Below are positions 9,064 to 18,448 of a stretch of DNA of 64,000 bases, piece by piece; position 1 is the stretch's first letter, and each line of letters begins with the position of its first letter. The position numbers and the translations under genes are program-made. Origin of the DNA: an uncultured virus (IMG/VR IMGVR_UViG_3300022468_000269). Taxonomy: Duplodnaviria; Heunggongvirae; Uroviricota; Caudoviricetes. The stretch is from the IMG/VR virus record IMGVR_UViG_3300022468_000269, one strand, 5' to 3'. The notes beneath the pieces were generated by a model. The model made no database searches and was not told where the DNA came from. It worked only from the letters and a program-made list of their open reading frames with translations.

Positions 9064-9098
9064 GCGCCCGGCAGGAAACTGCGCGGGCGTTTTCTTTT
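9064..9098 (+). terminator. intrinsic terminator just downstream of the late promoter
   Basis: GCGCCCG-GCAG-GAAA-CTGC-G-CGGGCGT hairpin followed by TTTCTTTT. Confidence 0.75.
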
Positions 9099-9129
9099 GC
9101 CGCCGTGTCACAACGCCGGAGAAAGCCCC

Positions 9130-9399
9130 ATGAATAAAATAGGCAACGAAAAAAATGTCGGGGCGCGAGGCCGTGGCAGACCGCAAGGCAGCGTCAACAA
9201 GACGACAGCCGCCGCGAAGGATGTCATCGCGCAAGCCGCAACCGAACTAGGCGGGGCAACGCGTTTGCTGGCATGGGCCAAGGAAGCGCCTGAGAATGAG
9301 CGCGCCTTCTGGGCCACGATCTATCCCAAGCTGCTGCCGCTTCAGGTGAACGGTTCCGGCGACAACGGGGAATTCGTGTTCAGGATCGCCTTTGATTGA
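9130..9399 (+). CDS. terS: terminase small subunit
   Basis: GRGRPQGSVNKTT...YPKLLPLQV; directly upstream of terL. Confidence 0.75.
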   Translation: MNKIGNEKNVGARGRGRPQGSVNKTTAAAKDVIAQAATELGGATRLLAWAKEAPENERAFWATIYPKLLPLQVNGSGDNGEFVFRIAFD

Positions 9400-10798
9400 C
9401 TTCCGCATCCGCCAGCATCAGCGCCCGTTCTTCTCGACATGGACAGGCATTGACAAGGGCGGCGTCAAGGTTCCGCAGAAGGATCGGCTGATCGAGATAG
9501 CCCATCGGCGGTGGGGCAAGGATGAAATCGCCCTGCGCGCCACGCTGATCAAGTCACAGCAACGCCCCGCAAGCTATTGGCACCTCTTGCCGGAATATGC
9601 CCAAGGCCGCAAAGCCCTGTGGACAGCGGTAAACCCGCACACTGGCAAGCGCCGCATTGACGAGGCATTCCCGCCCGAGTGCATCGAAAGCCGCGACGAA
9701 CAGGCGATGTTCCTGCGGTTCAAGTGGGGCAGCACTTGGCAGATTGTCGGGTCTGACAGGTTCGACAGCCTTGTGGGTGCTGGTGTTGCGGGTGTCGTGT
9801 TCAGCGAATGGGCTTTGGCGAACCCATCATCCTGGGGCTACATTCGCCCGATGGTGGAGGAAAACAACGGCTGGGCCGCGTTCATCACCACGCCACGCGG
9901 CAACAACCACGCCAAGTCGATGTATGACATGGCCCTGCGCAATCCCAAGTGGTTCGCGGAGGTGTCCAGCGTCAACGACACGGGCGCGCTGTCAGCAGAG
10001 CAACAGGCCGAGGCGCTGGAGGAATACCAAGCGATTTACGGCTTGGACTTTGGCCGCGCGATGTTCGAACAGGAATACCTGTGCAGCTTCTCGGGCGCGA
10101 TGATTGGCGCATTCTGGGGCGCAGAGGTGAACCGGGCCGAGCGGGAAGGCCGCATAGGCGACGTGGTGATTGACTGGACGCATCCTGTCCACACCGCATG
10201 GGATTTGGGCAAGGCCGCGAACAACCCGGTTTGGTGCTTTCAGGTCATCGCGGGTGTTCCGCTGATCGTGGACTTCTACCAGCCCGAAAGTGACGACCTG
10301 GCCGATTGGGTAAGATGGCTGGACGACAAGGGCTATCGCGGCAACGACTATGTGCCGCACGACATCATCGTGACGGAATGGGGCAGCAAGCGCACCCGTC
10401 TGGAAATCCTGAAAAGCCTTGGCCGCAATCCCAAGCGCCTGCCAATGGTGCCTGTGGCCGATGGCTTGCAGGCAGGGCGCGAGACGATCAACAAGGCCCG
10501 CTTTGCCGATACAGCGAATGTGCTGGCCGGGATCGAGGGGCTGAAGAACTACCGCCGCGACTGGGACGACGAACGGAAAACATTCCGCGAAATCCCGGTC
10601 AAGGATTGGGCCGAGCATATCGGTTCTGCATTCCGGTATCTGTCGCTTGCATGGCGCGATGTTGTTCCGCCCGTGGAAAAGCCGAAGAAACCGGATCAAC
10701 TCATCTACACCGCGCAGCCTGATGGTTCGGTGGTGGGCAACATGGACGTGCGCCGTGCCGTTGAGGCGATGGTGAAGCGTCGGAGAAACCGCGAATGA
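9392..10798 (+). CDS. terL: terminase large subunit
   Basis: HRRWGKD Walker A, VVFSEWA Walker B, FITTPRG, AWDLG nuclease motif. Confidence 0.92.
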   Translation: MIDFRIRQHQRPFFSTWTGIDKGGVKVPQKDRLIEIAHRRWGKDEIALRATLIKSQQRPASYWHLLPEYAQGRKALWTAVNPHTGKRRIDEAFPPECIESRDEQAMFLRFKWGSTWQIVGSDRFDSLVGAGVAGVVFSEWALANPSSWGYIRPMVEENNGWAAFITTPRGNNHAKSMYDMALRNPKWFAEVSSVNDTGALSAEQQAEALEEYQAIYGLDFGRAMFEQEYLCSFSGAMIGAFWGAEVNRAEREGRIGDVVIDWTHPVHTAWDLGKAANNPVWCFQVIAGVPLIVDFYQPESDDLADWVRWLDDKGYRGNDYVPHDIIVTEWGSKRTRLEILKSLGRNPKRLPMVPVADGLQAGRETINKARFADTANVLAGIEGLKNYRRDWDDERKTFREIPVKDWAEHIGSAFRYLSLAWRDVVPPVEKPKKPDQLIYTAQPDGSVVGNMDVRRAVEAMVKRRRNRE

Positions 10799-10967
10799 TT
10801 GACGAGGTAACGCTGGCAAAGTGGAACCTGATGGTCGGCAAGGCCCAGCCTGCGGCCCGTTCCATCACGCTGCCCGCCTGGCTTGTCCTGCGTGGCAATT
10901 CCCCGCGCCGCATCTTCGCAAGGTTCCGCATTGTCGCTGGCCCTACGCATTGCAAGGTTAGCTTGAA

Positions 10968-12926
10968 ATGACCGACGACGAGGGCAACAAAGCGGCCTAC
11001 ACCCGCGAGGATCTGGAAAAGATCGGCAAGAAGTGGATGGACCGCATCCGCATGTCGGAAAAGCGCGAGGAAAGCTGGCGCAGGGATGCCGCTGCGGCGG
11101 AAAAGGCATATCTGGCCGATGGGGAAAGCGACAGCGACGGCGATGTGCCTGAGTTCAACATCCTGCACAGCAACGTCGAAACCATCGTTCCCAGCATCTA
11201 CAACTCCACGCCCGTGCCAGACATTCGCCCGCGTCACGGCAACAAGGACGATCTGGGCAAGTTCGTCTCGGAAATCTACGAGCGCGCCATTTCGGTGCAG
11301 ATTGACGACAGCCGCCTTGATGCGGAGATCGAGAAATCCGCGCAGGATGCGTTCATGGCGGGGCGTGGCATTGTCCGGCTGAAGTTTGACGCGGATCTTG
11401 TGGACGCAGAGCCGATGCTGGACCCCATGACCGGGGAACTGATCCAAGGCCCGCAGACCGTCCAGAATGAGCGTGTGGACTTCGAAGTGGTGTCATGGGC
11501 TGACTATCGCCAAGGCCCCGCAAAACGCTGGAAAGACGTGCCTTGGGTGGCCTATCGCCATTTCCTGACACACGAGGACATGGAGCGGGTTGAAGACGAC
11601 GAACTGAAGGGGCTTTACGCCGAGGAATCCCCCGCGACAGAGACAACCGCCGACAAGGATGTGCCGGTCTGGGAAATCTGGTGCAAGGACAGCAAGCGGG
11701 TTTATTTCATCGCAGGCGACACCGGCAAGGTGTTGCGGATGCAGGACGACCCGCTGAACCTGAAGGGCTACTTCCCGCAGGCCGAGCCGGTTCAACCTAT
11801 CACCGCGACGAATTCGCTGACGCCGGTTTGCCCGTTCACGATCTACAAGCGTCTGGCCGAGGAACTGGAGATTTCCACGCGCCGGATCAACAGCATCACC
11901 AAGGCGCTGAAGCTGCGCGGGTTCTATGCTGGCAACGGCGGTGATCTGACAGCACTGGCCGAGGCCGAAGACAACGTGCTGATTCCGCTGTCGGACATGG
12001 AAGGCATGGTTGCTGCGGGTGGCAATCTGTCCAACTCGATTTCATGGTGGCCGCTGGATACCGCAATCGCGGTGTTGCAGCAGCTATACATCCAGCGCGA
12101 ACAGACAAAGCAGGCGATTTACGAAATCACCGGGATTAGCGATATTATCCGGGGCCAGGGCGCGGCGTCGGAAACGGCAACCGCACAGCAGATCAAGACG
12201 CAATGGGGAAGCCTGCGCATCAAGAAGATGCAGCGCGCGATTGAACGTCAGGTGCGGGATATTTTCGTCATCTGCGCCGACATCATCAGCCAGCACTTCA
12301 CGCCGGAAACGCTGCAAAAGCTGACGGGGCTGCAAATCCCGCCTGAAGCCATGGAATTGCTGCAAAAGCCGCTGGATCACTACCGCATTGACATTGAAAG
12401 CGACAGCACCGTTCGCGCCGACTTGACGCGCGGGCGGCAGGAAATGTCCGAATTCCTCAATGGCACGGCATCGTTCTTCAGCACCATGGCACCCATCGGG
12501 CAGGCTGCACCGGGCGCTGCGGGTGAACTGATTGAGATTTACGCCTCGTTCGCGCGGCAGTTCAGCTTGGGCAAATCGGCAGAGGATGCGCTGGATCGGC
12601 TTGTCGAACTGGCGAAGGAAGCGGCCAAGAACCCGCCCCCGAACCCGGAAGCCGAGGCGATGAAGGCCGACATGGAACTGAAGTCGCAGGACATGCAGCA
12701 GCGGTTCGCGCTGGATTCGCAGAAGATGCAACTGGACGTTCAGAAGGCGCAGTTGGACGTGCAGTTGAAGCAGGCCGATCTGCAACTGAAAGAACGCGAG
12801 TTGGGGCTGTCCGAGGCGGTGGAAACCACCAAGGCGGCGGGCATGATGCTGGAAGCGCAGCAGCGTGACGAAGAGATTGAAATGGAGCGCGATCAGCGCC
12901 GCGCCGTTGCCTTTGGCGACGACTGA
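10968..12926 (+). CDS. portal protein with C-terminal coiled-coil barrel
   Basis: 652 aa after terL; IYEITGISDIIRG...ETATAQQIK; Q/E-rich tail. Confidence 0.85.
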   Translation: MTDDEGNKAAYTREDLEKIGKKWMDRIRMSEKREESWRRDAAAAEKAYLADGESDSDGDVPEFNILHSNVETIVPSIYNSTPVPDIRPRHGNKDDLGKFVSEIYERAISVQIDDSRLDAEIEKSAQDAFMAGRGIVRLKFDADLVDAEPMLDPMTGELIQGPQTVQNERVDFEVVSWADYRQGPAKRWKDVPWVAYRHFLTHEDMERVEDDELKGLYAEESPATETTADKDVPVWEIWCKDSKRVYFIAGDTGKVLRMQDDPLNLKGYFPQAEPVQPITATNSLTPVCPFTIYKRLAEELEISTRRINSITKALKLRGFYAGNGGDLTALAEAEDNVLIPLSDMEGMVAAGGNLSNSISWWPLDTAIAVLQQLYIQREQTKQAIYEITGISDIIRGQGAASETATAQQIKTQWGSLRIKKMQRAIERQVRDIFVICADIISQHFTPETLQKLTGLQIPPEAMELLQKPLDHYRIDIESDSTVRADLTRGRQEMSEFLNGTASFFSTMAPIGQAAPGAAGELIEIYASFARQFSLGKSAEDALDRLVELAKEAAKNPPPNPEAEAMKADMELKSQDMQQRFALDSQKMQLDVQKAQLDVQLKQADLQLKERELGLSEAVETTKAAGMMLEAQQRDEEIEMERDQRRAVAFGDD

Positions 12927-12937
12927 AAGGAAACACC

Positions 12938-13186
12938 ATGCCAAGATCGTTTGAAGCGTCCATGCCGTCGCGCTGGGTGACTTGCACCCCGTCCGACGAT
13001 ACCGACTTGACCGGCAGCATCGGGCTGTATGTGGGCGGCACGGGCAACGTGTCTGCGCGCTGCCTAAATGACAGCGGCACGACTGTGGTGTTCGTTGCGG
13101 CTCCGGCTGGCTTTTATGTCGTCGGCAACTTCACCCGCGTGATGGCCGCGACAACCGCAACGTCGATCCTTGTCGCTTATCCCTGA
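12938..13186 (+). CDS. head-spike base protein (RcGTA Rcc01079-like)
   Basis: TPSDDTDL...LYVGGTGNV...RVMAATTATSI pattern. Confidence 0.7.
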   Translation: MPRSFEASMPSRWVTCTPSDDTDLTGSIGLYVGGTGNVSARCLNDSGTTVVFVAAPAGFYVVGNFTRVMAATTATSILVAYP

Positions 13187-13473
13187 TGGCCGTTTACGTC
13201 TACGACGCCCAGACGGGGCGCATGGTGGACAAGGTCACTGGCGAGGCGATGGTTGACCCATCCGCACCCTTGGCAACGCCGATGTTCTACGGCGACACGC
13301 CTGGATACCGCAGCCCGATTGACGGGCGCTGGATCGAGGGCCGCAGGGCGCGGAAATACGACATGGAAAAGCACAACTGTGTCGATGCGAACGAGTTGAA
13401 GTCACCGACTGACGGGAAGCTTCGCAACAAGAAATTCGCGGCCAAACACGGGCTGCAACACCTGCTGGGGTAA
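13186..13473 (+). CDS. conserved phage hypothetical protein
   Basis: YRSPIDGRWIEGRRARKYDMEKHNC motif. Confidence 0.65.
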   Translation: MAVYVYDAQTGRMVDKVTGEAMVDPSAPLATPMFYGDTPGYRSPIDGRWIEGRRARKYDMEKHNCVDANELKSPTDGKLRNKKFAAKHGLQHLLG

Positions 13474-13476
13474 GAC

Positions 13477-14610
13477 ATGCAAGCCCTGTGGGAATTCCTG
13501 TCACCGGAAGCGGGCCAGAAGCGCCGCGCATGGCTGGATGAGACAATCGGCGGTGCGGTGGAATATGCCACGCCCCCGGAAATGCGGCAGTTGCTGGGGC
13601 TTGCTTCCGAGGTGAATCCGGTTGTCAGCATGGAGCGGGCCGGGACCGCGGCCAAGACGGTTGCCAACCCCAACGCGACGGGCTGGGAACGTGTGGGCGC
13701 GGTTGGTGATGTGGCATCGAATATGGCGGGTGTTCTGGCCCCCATTGCGGGCGCGGGCAAGGCTGGCACCACAGGGGTGCAGGCTGTCACCGATGCGCTA
13801 ACGGGCGTGTCCATGGCCCCGCGCGCGGCTGTGGGTAATTTCGTCGCTGATCAGAGCGGCAAGCTGTCGTTGGGCGCGGGCGATGCGGTAACAGAACGCG
13901 GCGCGGCTGTGATGGACATGCTGAAAACGGGCCGCGCGGCAGATGTTACGGATGAAATGCTGGACCTTGGCGACTCGACGCTAAACGCGCGGCTGAATGA
14001 ATACCTGTATCAGAATTACGATTTGCCGATGGACACGGCCAGCCGCATGGATCGGGCCAAGGGCATCGGGATGGATACGGAGACGCCGCTTTATCACGGC
14101 ACGGCGAATGACTTCCCAAGTTTTGACGCTAATCGCATCGGCGCGCGTGAGACAGGCTGGTATGGCGATGGTGTTTATTCGACTGCCATGCCTGACTTAG
14201 CAAACGAATACACTAAATCGGCGCGCTTTGATGTGGGCGGCGAAAGCAATGTGATGCCCGTTCATGTAAGGCGCGGCCAAGAATATGTTTGGGGTAGCAA
14301 CCCCATTGCCACCAGCCGTGCAGAGTCGAAGGCGTTCAAGTCTAATCTGTCAAAAAACGGGTATGATGGGGTGCGCGTCCCGAACGATTACGGCGACGAC
14401 CTACTGACGCCCCAAGAGGCAGCGAATTACGAAGTTGTGACGTTCGATCCCAAGAATATCCGTTCCAAATTCGCCCGCTTTGACCCGCGCCTAGCGCACC
14501 TGAAAAACCTGTCAGCAGGTGCAGCCGGGGCGGTAACGCTTGGCTCGCTGCTGAACGGGGAAGATGAAGCCGCCCGCATGGAGCAGATGCGCGCGTATCT
14601 CGGATTGTAA
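13477..14610 (+). CDS. ADP-ribosyltransferase-like (ART-PolyVal-type) domain protein
   Basis: LYHGT...FD...YGDGVYST...A.EY...NVMPV...GYDGV...EVVTFDPKNIRSKFARFDP. Confidence 0.7.
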   Translation: MQALWEFLSPEAGQKRRAWLDETIGGAVEYATPPEMRQLLGLASEVNPVVSMERAGTAAKTVANPNATGWERVGAVGDVASNMAGVLAPIAGAGKAGTTGVQAVTDALTGVSMAPRAAVGNFVADQSGKLSLGAGDAVTERGAAVMDMLKTGRAADVTDEMLDLGDSTLNARLNEYLYQNYDLPMDTASRMDRAKGIGMDTETPLYHGTANDFPSFDANRIGARETGWYGDGVYSTAMPDLANEYTKSARFDVGGESNVMPVHVRRGQEYVWGSNPIATSRAESKAFKSNLSKNGYDGVRVPNDYGDDLLTPQEAANYEVVTFDPKNIRSKFARFDPRLAHLKNLSAGAAGAVTLGSLLNGEDEAARMEQMRAYLGL

Positions 14611-14631
14611 CAACTACAAAGGACATTCCTG

Positions 14632-15639
14632 ATGGAATTTGATGCAGCCGCGCCAGCGCCTGCAACCGAAACGGTTATTGCCGATCAGGTTGCCACCACG
14701 ACCGAAACCACAGACGACGATTACAGCGCGGTATTTGACCGCCTGATGGGCGAACCGGAAGCGCAGGACGTTCCCGAGCCACAGCCAGAAGCCCCCGTAG
14801 AGGCCGCAGAAGCGCCCGTAGAGGCCGAACCCGCGCCCACCGACCTACCGGCAGGCGTCAAGGCCACATGGGCATCCCTGACGCCGGAAGCGCGCGAAGC
14901 CGTCGCGGCATCGCATCGGGATATGTCGCGCAAGCTGGCCGAACAGGGGCGATTGGTGCAGGGCATTGCGCCCATCCGCGATGCGATGGTGGAAGCTGCA
15001 AAGCTGGCCCCGCATATGATGAACATGACCCCGCAGCAGGTCGCGGCGGAAGTCACGCAGCTTGTCGAATACGGGCAGGCATTGAACGCAAACCCTGTGG
15101 CCACGCTGGCAAAGCTGGCGAAGATCCACGGGGTTGAAGGACAACTAGGGCAAGCCCTTTCCGGCCAGCCCGTTCAGGACAACACAACTGCCCTGAAAAA
15201 CGAAATCCGCGCGCTGCAATCGCAGCTTCAGCGGGTGGCAGACCCCGGATACATCCGGGACCAGTTCACGCAATTCAAGGTGCAAGATTCCGCCTTGGAT
15301 GACGTGAAAACCTTCGCCAGCAAGGCCGAGCATTGGGCGGAACTTGAACCGCACCTGCCCGACCTAATTCCGCTGGTGCAGAAACAACTCGGGGCGGGTG
15401 CCTCCGCACAGGACGTGCTTTCCCGAGCCTACGATATCGGCCTTTCACTATACCTGCCCGACGCAAAGGCAACGCAAGCACCCGCCGTAGAGGCCCAAGT
15501 GGTTGCAGACCCTAAGAGAGCCGAGGCGGTCATGAAAGCCAAATCCGTCAATGTCACAGGCAAGCCCAGCGGGCAGCAGCGCGAACTCTCGGAAGATGAG
15601 CGTTACGCGGCTGTTTATGAGCGCGCCTATCGCAAATAG
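14632..15639 (+). CDS. capsid scaffolding protein
   Basis: Acidic/Pro-rich N-terminus, helical, directly upstream of capsid gene. Confidence 0.75.
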   Translation: MEFDAAAPAPATETVIADQVATTTETTDDDYSAVFDRLMGEPEAQDVPEPQPEAPVEAAEAPVEAEPAPTDLPAGVKATWASLTPEAREAVAASHRDMSRKLAEQGRLVQGIAPIRDAMVEAAKLAPHMMNMTPQQVAAEVTQLVEYGQALNANPVATLAKLAKIHGVEGQLGQALSGQPVQDNTTALKNEIRALQSQLQRVADPGYIRDQFTQFKVQDSALDDVKTFASKAEHWAELEPHLPDLIPLVQKQLGAGASAQDVLSRAYDIGLSLYLPDAKATQAPAVEAQVVADPKRAEAVMKAKSVNVTGKPSGQQRELSEDERYAAVYERAYRK

Positions 15640-15650
15640 GACAAAGAGAA

Positions 15651-16634
15651 ATGGCTACGCCTTCCTCCGTGTTCACGGAAATGGTGACGACCACCGACCG
15701 CTCTTGGGGTCGCAAAGTCACTGACAACGTGAGCGAAAACAACGCCCTGATGAGCCGCATGAAGGCCAAGGGTGGCATCAAAACCGTGTCCGGCGGTTAC
15801 GAAATCGCCGAACCGCTCGACTACGCCGAAAACGGCACTTACCAGCGTTACAGCGGGTATGAGGGCCTGAACACCTCCGCATCGGATGTGATCACCTCGG
15901 CGAAATACGCCTTCCAACAGGTCGCGCTGCATGTGACCGCATCGGGACGCGAACTGCGGATGAACTCGGGCAAAGAACAGATGATCAATCTGGTCAAGGC
16001 CCGCAAGGAAAACGCACTGCGCACCGCTGCGAACAACTTCAGCATCGACCTCTATTCGGATGGCGCGCTGACCAACCAGATCGGCGGCCTGGCCAACATC
16101 ATCCAGACCGCAGGCACCGGCACCGTGGGTGGCATCAACTCGTCCACCTACACGTTCTGGCGCAACCAGTTCAAGGAAATGACCGGCACCAACACCGCCG
16201 CGTCACCCTCGGCTGCAAACGCCATTTCGATGAAAGCGGACATGAACAGCCTGTGGCTGTCCCTGAACCGTGGCACCGACCGGCCCGATCTGATCGTCAT
16301 GACCCACGACTTCTATTCGCTCTATGAACTGGGCGAACAGCAGTTGCAGCGTTATGCCGACAGCGACTTGGCGAAAGCCGGGTTCACCACCCTGAAATAC
16401 AAGTCGGCTGACGTCATTTTCGATGACAACACCAACTTTGCGACCACGGGTGAAAAAGCCTACTTCCTGAACACCGACTATCTGCGCCTTGTCCAGCACC
16501 GCGATGCGGCCTGGACGATGGACAGCGAGAAGGTTCCCGTCAACCAAGACGCCGTTGTCATCCCGCTCTACTGGATGGGCAACCTCGTCTGCACGAACCG
16601 CGCGCTGCAAGGCGTCCTGTTCGACGCTGCATAA
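15651..16634 (+). CDS. major capsid protein
   Basis: 327 aa, strongly biased codons, position after scaffold. Confidence 0.88.
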   Translation: MATPSSVFTEMVTTTDRSWGRKVTDNVSENNALMSRMKAKGGIKTVSGGYEIAEPLDYAENGTYQRYSGYEGLNTSASDVITSAKYAFQQVALHVTASGRELRMNSGKEQMINLVKARKENALRTAANNFSIDLYSDGALTNQIGGLANIIQTAGTGTVGGINSSTYTFWRNQFKEMTGTNTAASPSAANAISMKADMNSLWLSLNRGTDRPDLIVMTHDFYSLYELGEQQLQRYADSDLAKAGFTTLKYKSADVIFDDNTNFATTGEKAYFLNTDYLRLVQHRDAAWTMDSEKVPVNQDAVVIPLYWMGNLVCTNRALQGVLFDAA

Positions 16635-16646
16635 GGAGCAAGCATC

Positions 16647-17123
16647 ATGGCTATTCTTCTGGGTGCTGACCTTGACGCCACCTACACCACGCTTGAAGAC
16701 GGCAAAACGCCGAAATTGGGCGATGTGTTCGAAGGCTCCAACGGTAAATGGTATAAGTTCGTCCTGTTCGACAACGGCGCGGGCAACGTCGCCGCCGTCG
16801 CGGGCAACGTGGCTTATATCCTCGCGGTCAGCGGTGCATCCGCTGGCCAGACCACGACCGTCACGTCCGACCTGTCGGACAGCGCGGGCCTTGGTGCTGG
16901 CGTGTTCCAGTCGGTTCCTGCCGATGGTGAATACTGCTGGATTCAGATCAAGGGCGTTGCGACCCTGACCACGGCACTGACTGCCGGGGCCGATGGCAAC
17001 GCACTCACCGCGGTTGGCGCGACGGATGGCACCTTGGACGTGTCGGCGCTCGTGACGGACGCGATCTGCGCCTATGCAATCGACGCATCGGCCAAGATCA
17101 TCTTCTGCGACTTCCCTTGGTAA
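16647..17123 (+). CDS. capsid decoration/cement protein
   Basis: Ala/Gly/Thr-rich, GEYCWIQIKG motif, follows capsid gene. Confidence 0.7.
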   Translation: MAILLGADLDATYTTLEDGKTPKLGDVFEGSNGKWYKFVLFDNGAGNVAAVAGNVAYILAVSGASAGQTTTVTSDLSDSAGLGAGVFQSVPADGEYCWIQIKGVATLTTALTAGADGNALTAVGATDGTLDVSALVTDAICAYAIDASAKIIFCDFPW

Positions 17124-17128
17124 CAACG

Positions 17129-17155
17129 GCGGGGGCTGTCATGGCCCCCGCTTCC
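17129..17155 (+). terminator. hairpin/weak terminator after head genes
   Basis: GCGGGGGC-TGTCATG-GCCCCCGC with poor T tract. Confidence 0.55.
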
Positions 17156-17180
17156 CTCCCTCTGTAGAAAGACGGAACAA

Positions 17181-17738
17181 ATGAGCCAATTCGTAATTCT
17201 GGGCTTCAAGACCGATTACAACGGCGAAAAGGCCGTGGATATGGTCGAAATCGCCCCCAGCGGTGAAGCGTTTGAACGGACGCACACATGGCACCGCATC
17301 AAGGACATCACCCCGCCCGCGCATCCGAATATGTCGTCGCCGTCGCACATTGCGATGGTTGAACGCTGGAAGGCCATCGGCCCCGCCTACGATGCGTGGA
17401 AGAAGGGCATGGATATTCCCGAGGACGGCACACCACTGGCTGTGTGGTCGGCTGTCTCGCCCGAGCAGGTGGACGTGTTCCGCCGCATGGGGCTTCGCAC
17501 CGTTGAAGATGTCAGCACCATGTCGGAAAGCGCCGTGGACAAGCTGCCCTTCCCGAACAAGCGCAAATTCCCGCAACTGGCCCGCGACTTCCTGGCGAAC
17601 CGCGACAAGGCCGGTGCGGCGGCTGAGATGGACGCCATGCGCGAACAGATGGCCGCAATGCAGGAAATGCTTGTCGAATACAGAAACGCCGAAAAGCGCG
17701 GCCCCGGTCGCCCCCGCAAGGAAGCTGAAGCGGCATGA
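17181..17738 (+). CDS. conserved phage hypothetical protein
   Basis: GTPLAVW...GLRTVEDV...; C-terminal KRGPGRPRK. Confidence 0.7.
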   Translation: MSQFVILGFKTDYNGEKAVDMVEIAPSGEAFERTHTWHRIKDITPPAHPNMSSPSHIAMVERWKAIGPAYDAWKKGMDIPEDGTPLAVWSAVSPEQVDVFRRMGLRTVEDVSTMSESAVDKLPFPNKRKFPQLARDFLANRDKAGAAAEMDAMREQMAAMQEMLVEYRNAEKRGPGRPRKEAEAA

Positions 17739-18445
17739 CCCTGATCGTTGACGCCCTGAACCGCATCGCGCGGCAGTGTTCCATTCAAGCGCCGTCATCG
17801 TGGCTTTCGGCCACGGCTGACGAGTTCGTTGAAATCCGTGACGACTTCCTGTCTGAGACGGTGGACGATGTGCTTGCGCGGGTGGATCTGGCCCAGCCAG
17901 TTGGGGCGTCAACAACCATCACTGGCACAGGCGTGGAAACCTACGCCTTGCCCGCGAATTTCCTGCGGATGCAGCGCGACGATTTGGCCGTCTATGACGA
18001 CGAATTGCAGCGGCAATGCTTCCCGATCACCACGGATGGGGAATGGACCGACCTGCAAGCCTTGGGCGCGGCGGGCGGTAGCAAGTATTATCGCGTGACG
18101 GGCTACGATGGGAATTTCGAGATTTCCTTCTATGATTTCCCGTCAACCGACATCACCGTGCATTACATCACAACCAACTGGATGGCGACGGCGGCAGGTG
18201 TGGCGGGGAATGAATTCACCTCGGCCACCGATGTGCTGTTGTTGCCGCGCCGGATCGTTGAGGCCGGGATTGTCTGGCGTTGGCGTGAACGCAAGGGCCT
18301 GCCGTTCGATGCCAAATATGCGGAATACACCGCTTTGCTGACGCGACTGGCGAATGACACCAAAGGCATCCGCTCCATCAATTTCGGCGACCGGAAGGTT
18401 GTGCGCTGGCAGGATCGTGTTCCCGCCTTTATCCCGGCGAGTTAA
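17735..18445 (+). CDS. head-tail adaptor (tail tubular protein A-like)
   Basis: Position and size; YALPANF, GIVWRWRERKGL. Confidence 0.7.
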   Translation: MTLIVDALNRIARQCSIQAPSSWLSATADEFVEIRDDFLSETVDDVLARVDLAQPVGASTTITGTGVETYALPANFLRMQRDDLAVYDDELQRQCFPITTDGEWTDLQALGAAGGSKYYRVTGYDGNFEISFYDFPSTDITVHYITTNWMATAAGVAGNEFTSATDVLLLPRRIVEAGIVWRWRERKGLPFDAKYAEYTALLTRLANDTKGIRSINFGDRKVVRWQDRVPAFIPAS

Positions 18446-18448
18446 TCC

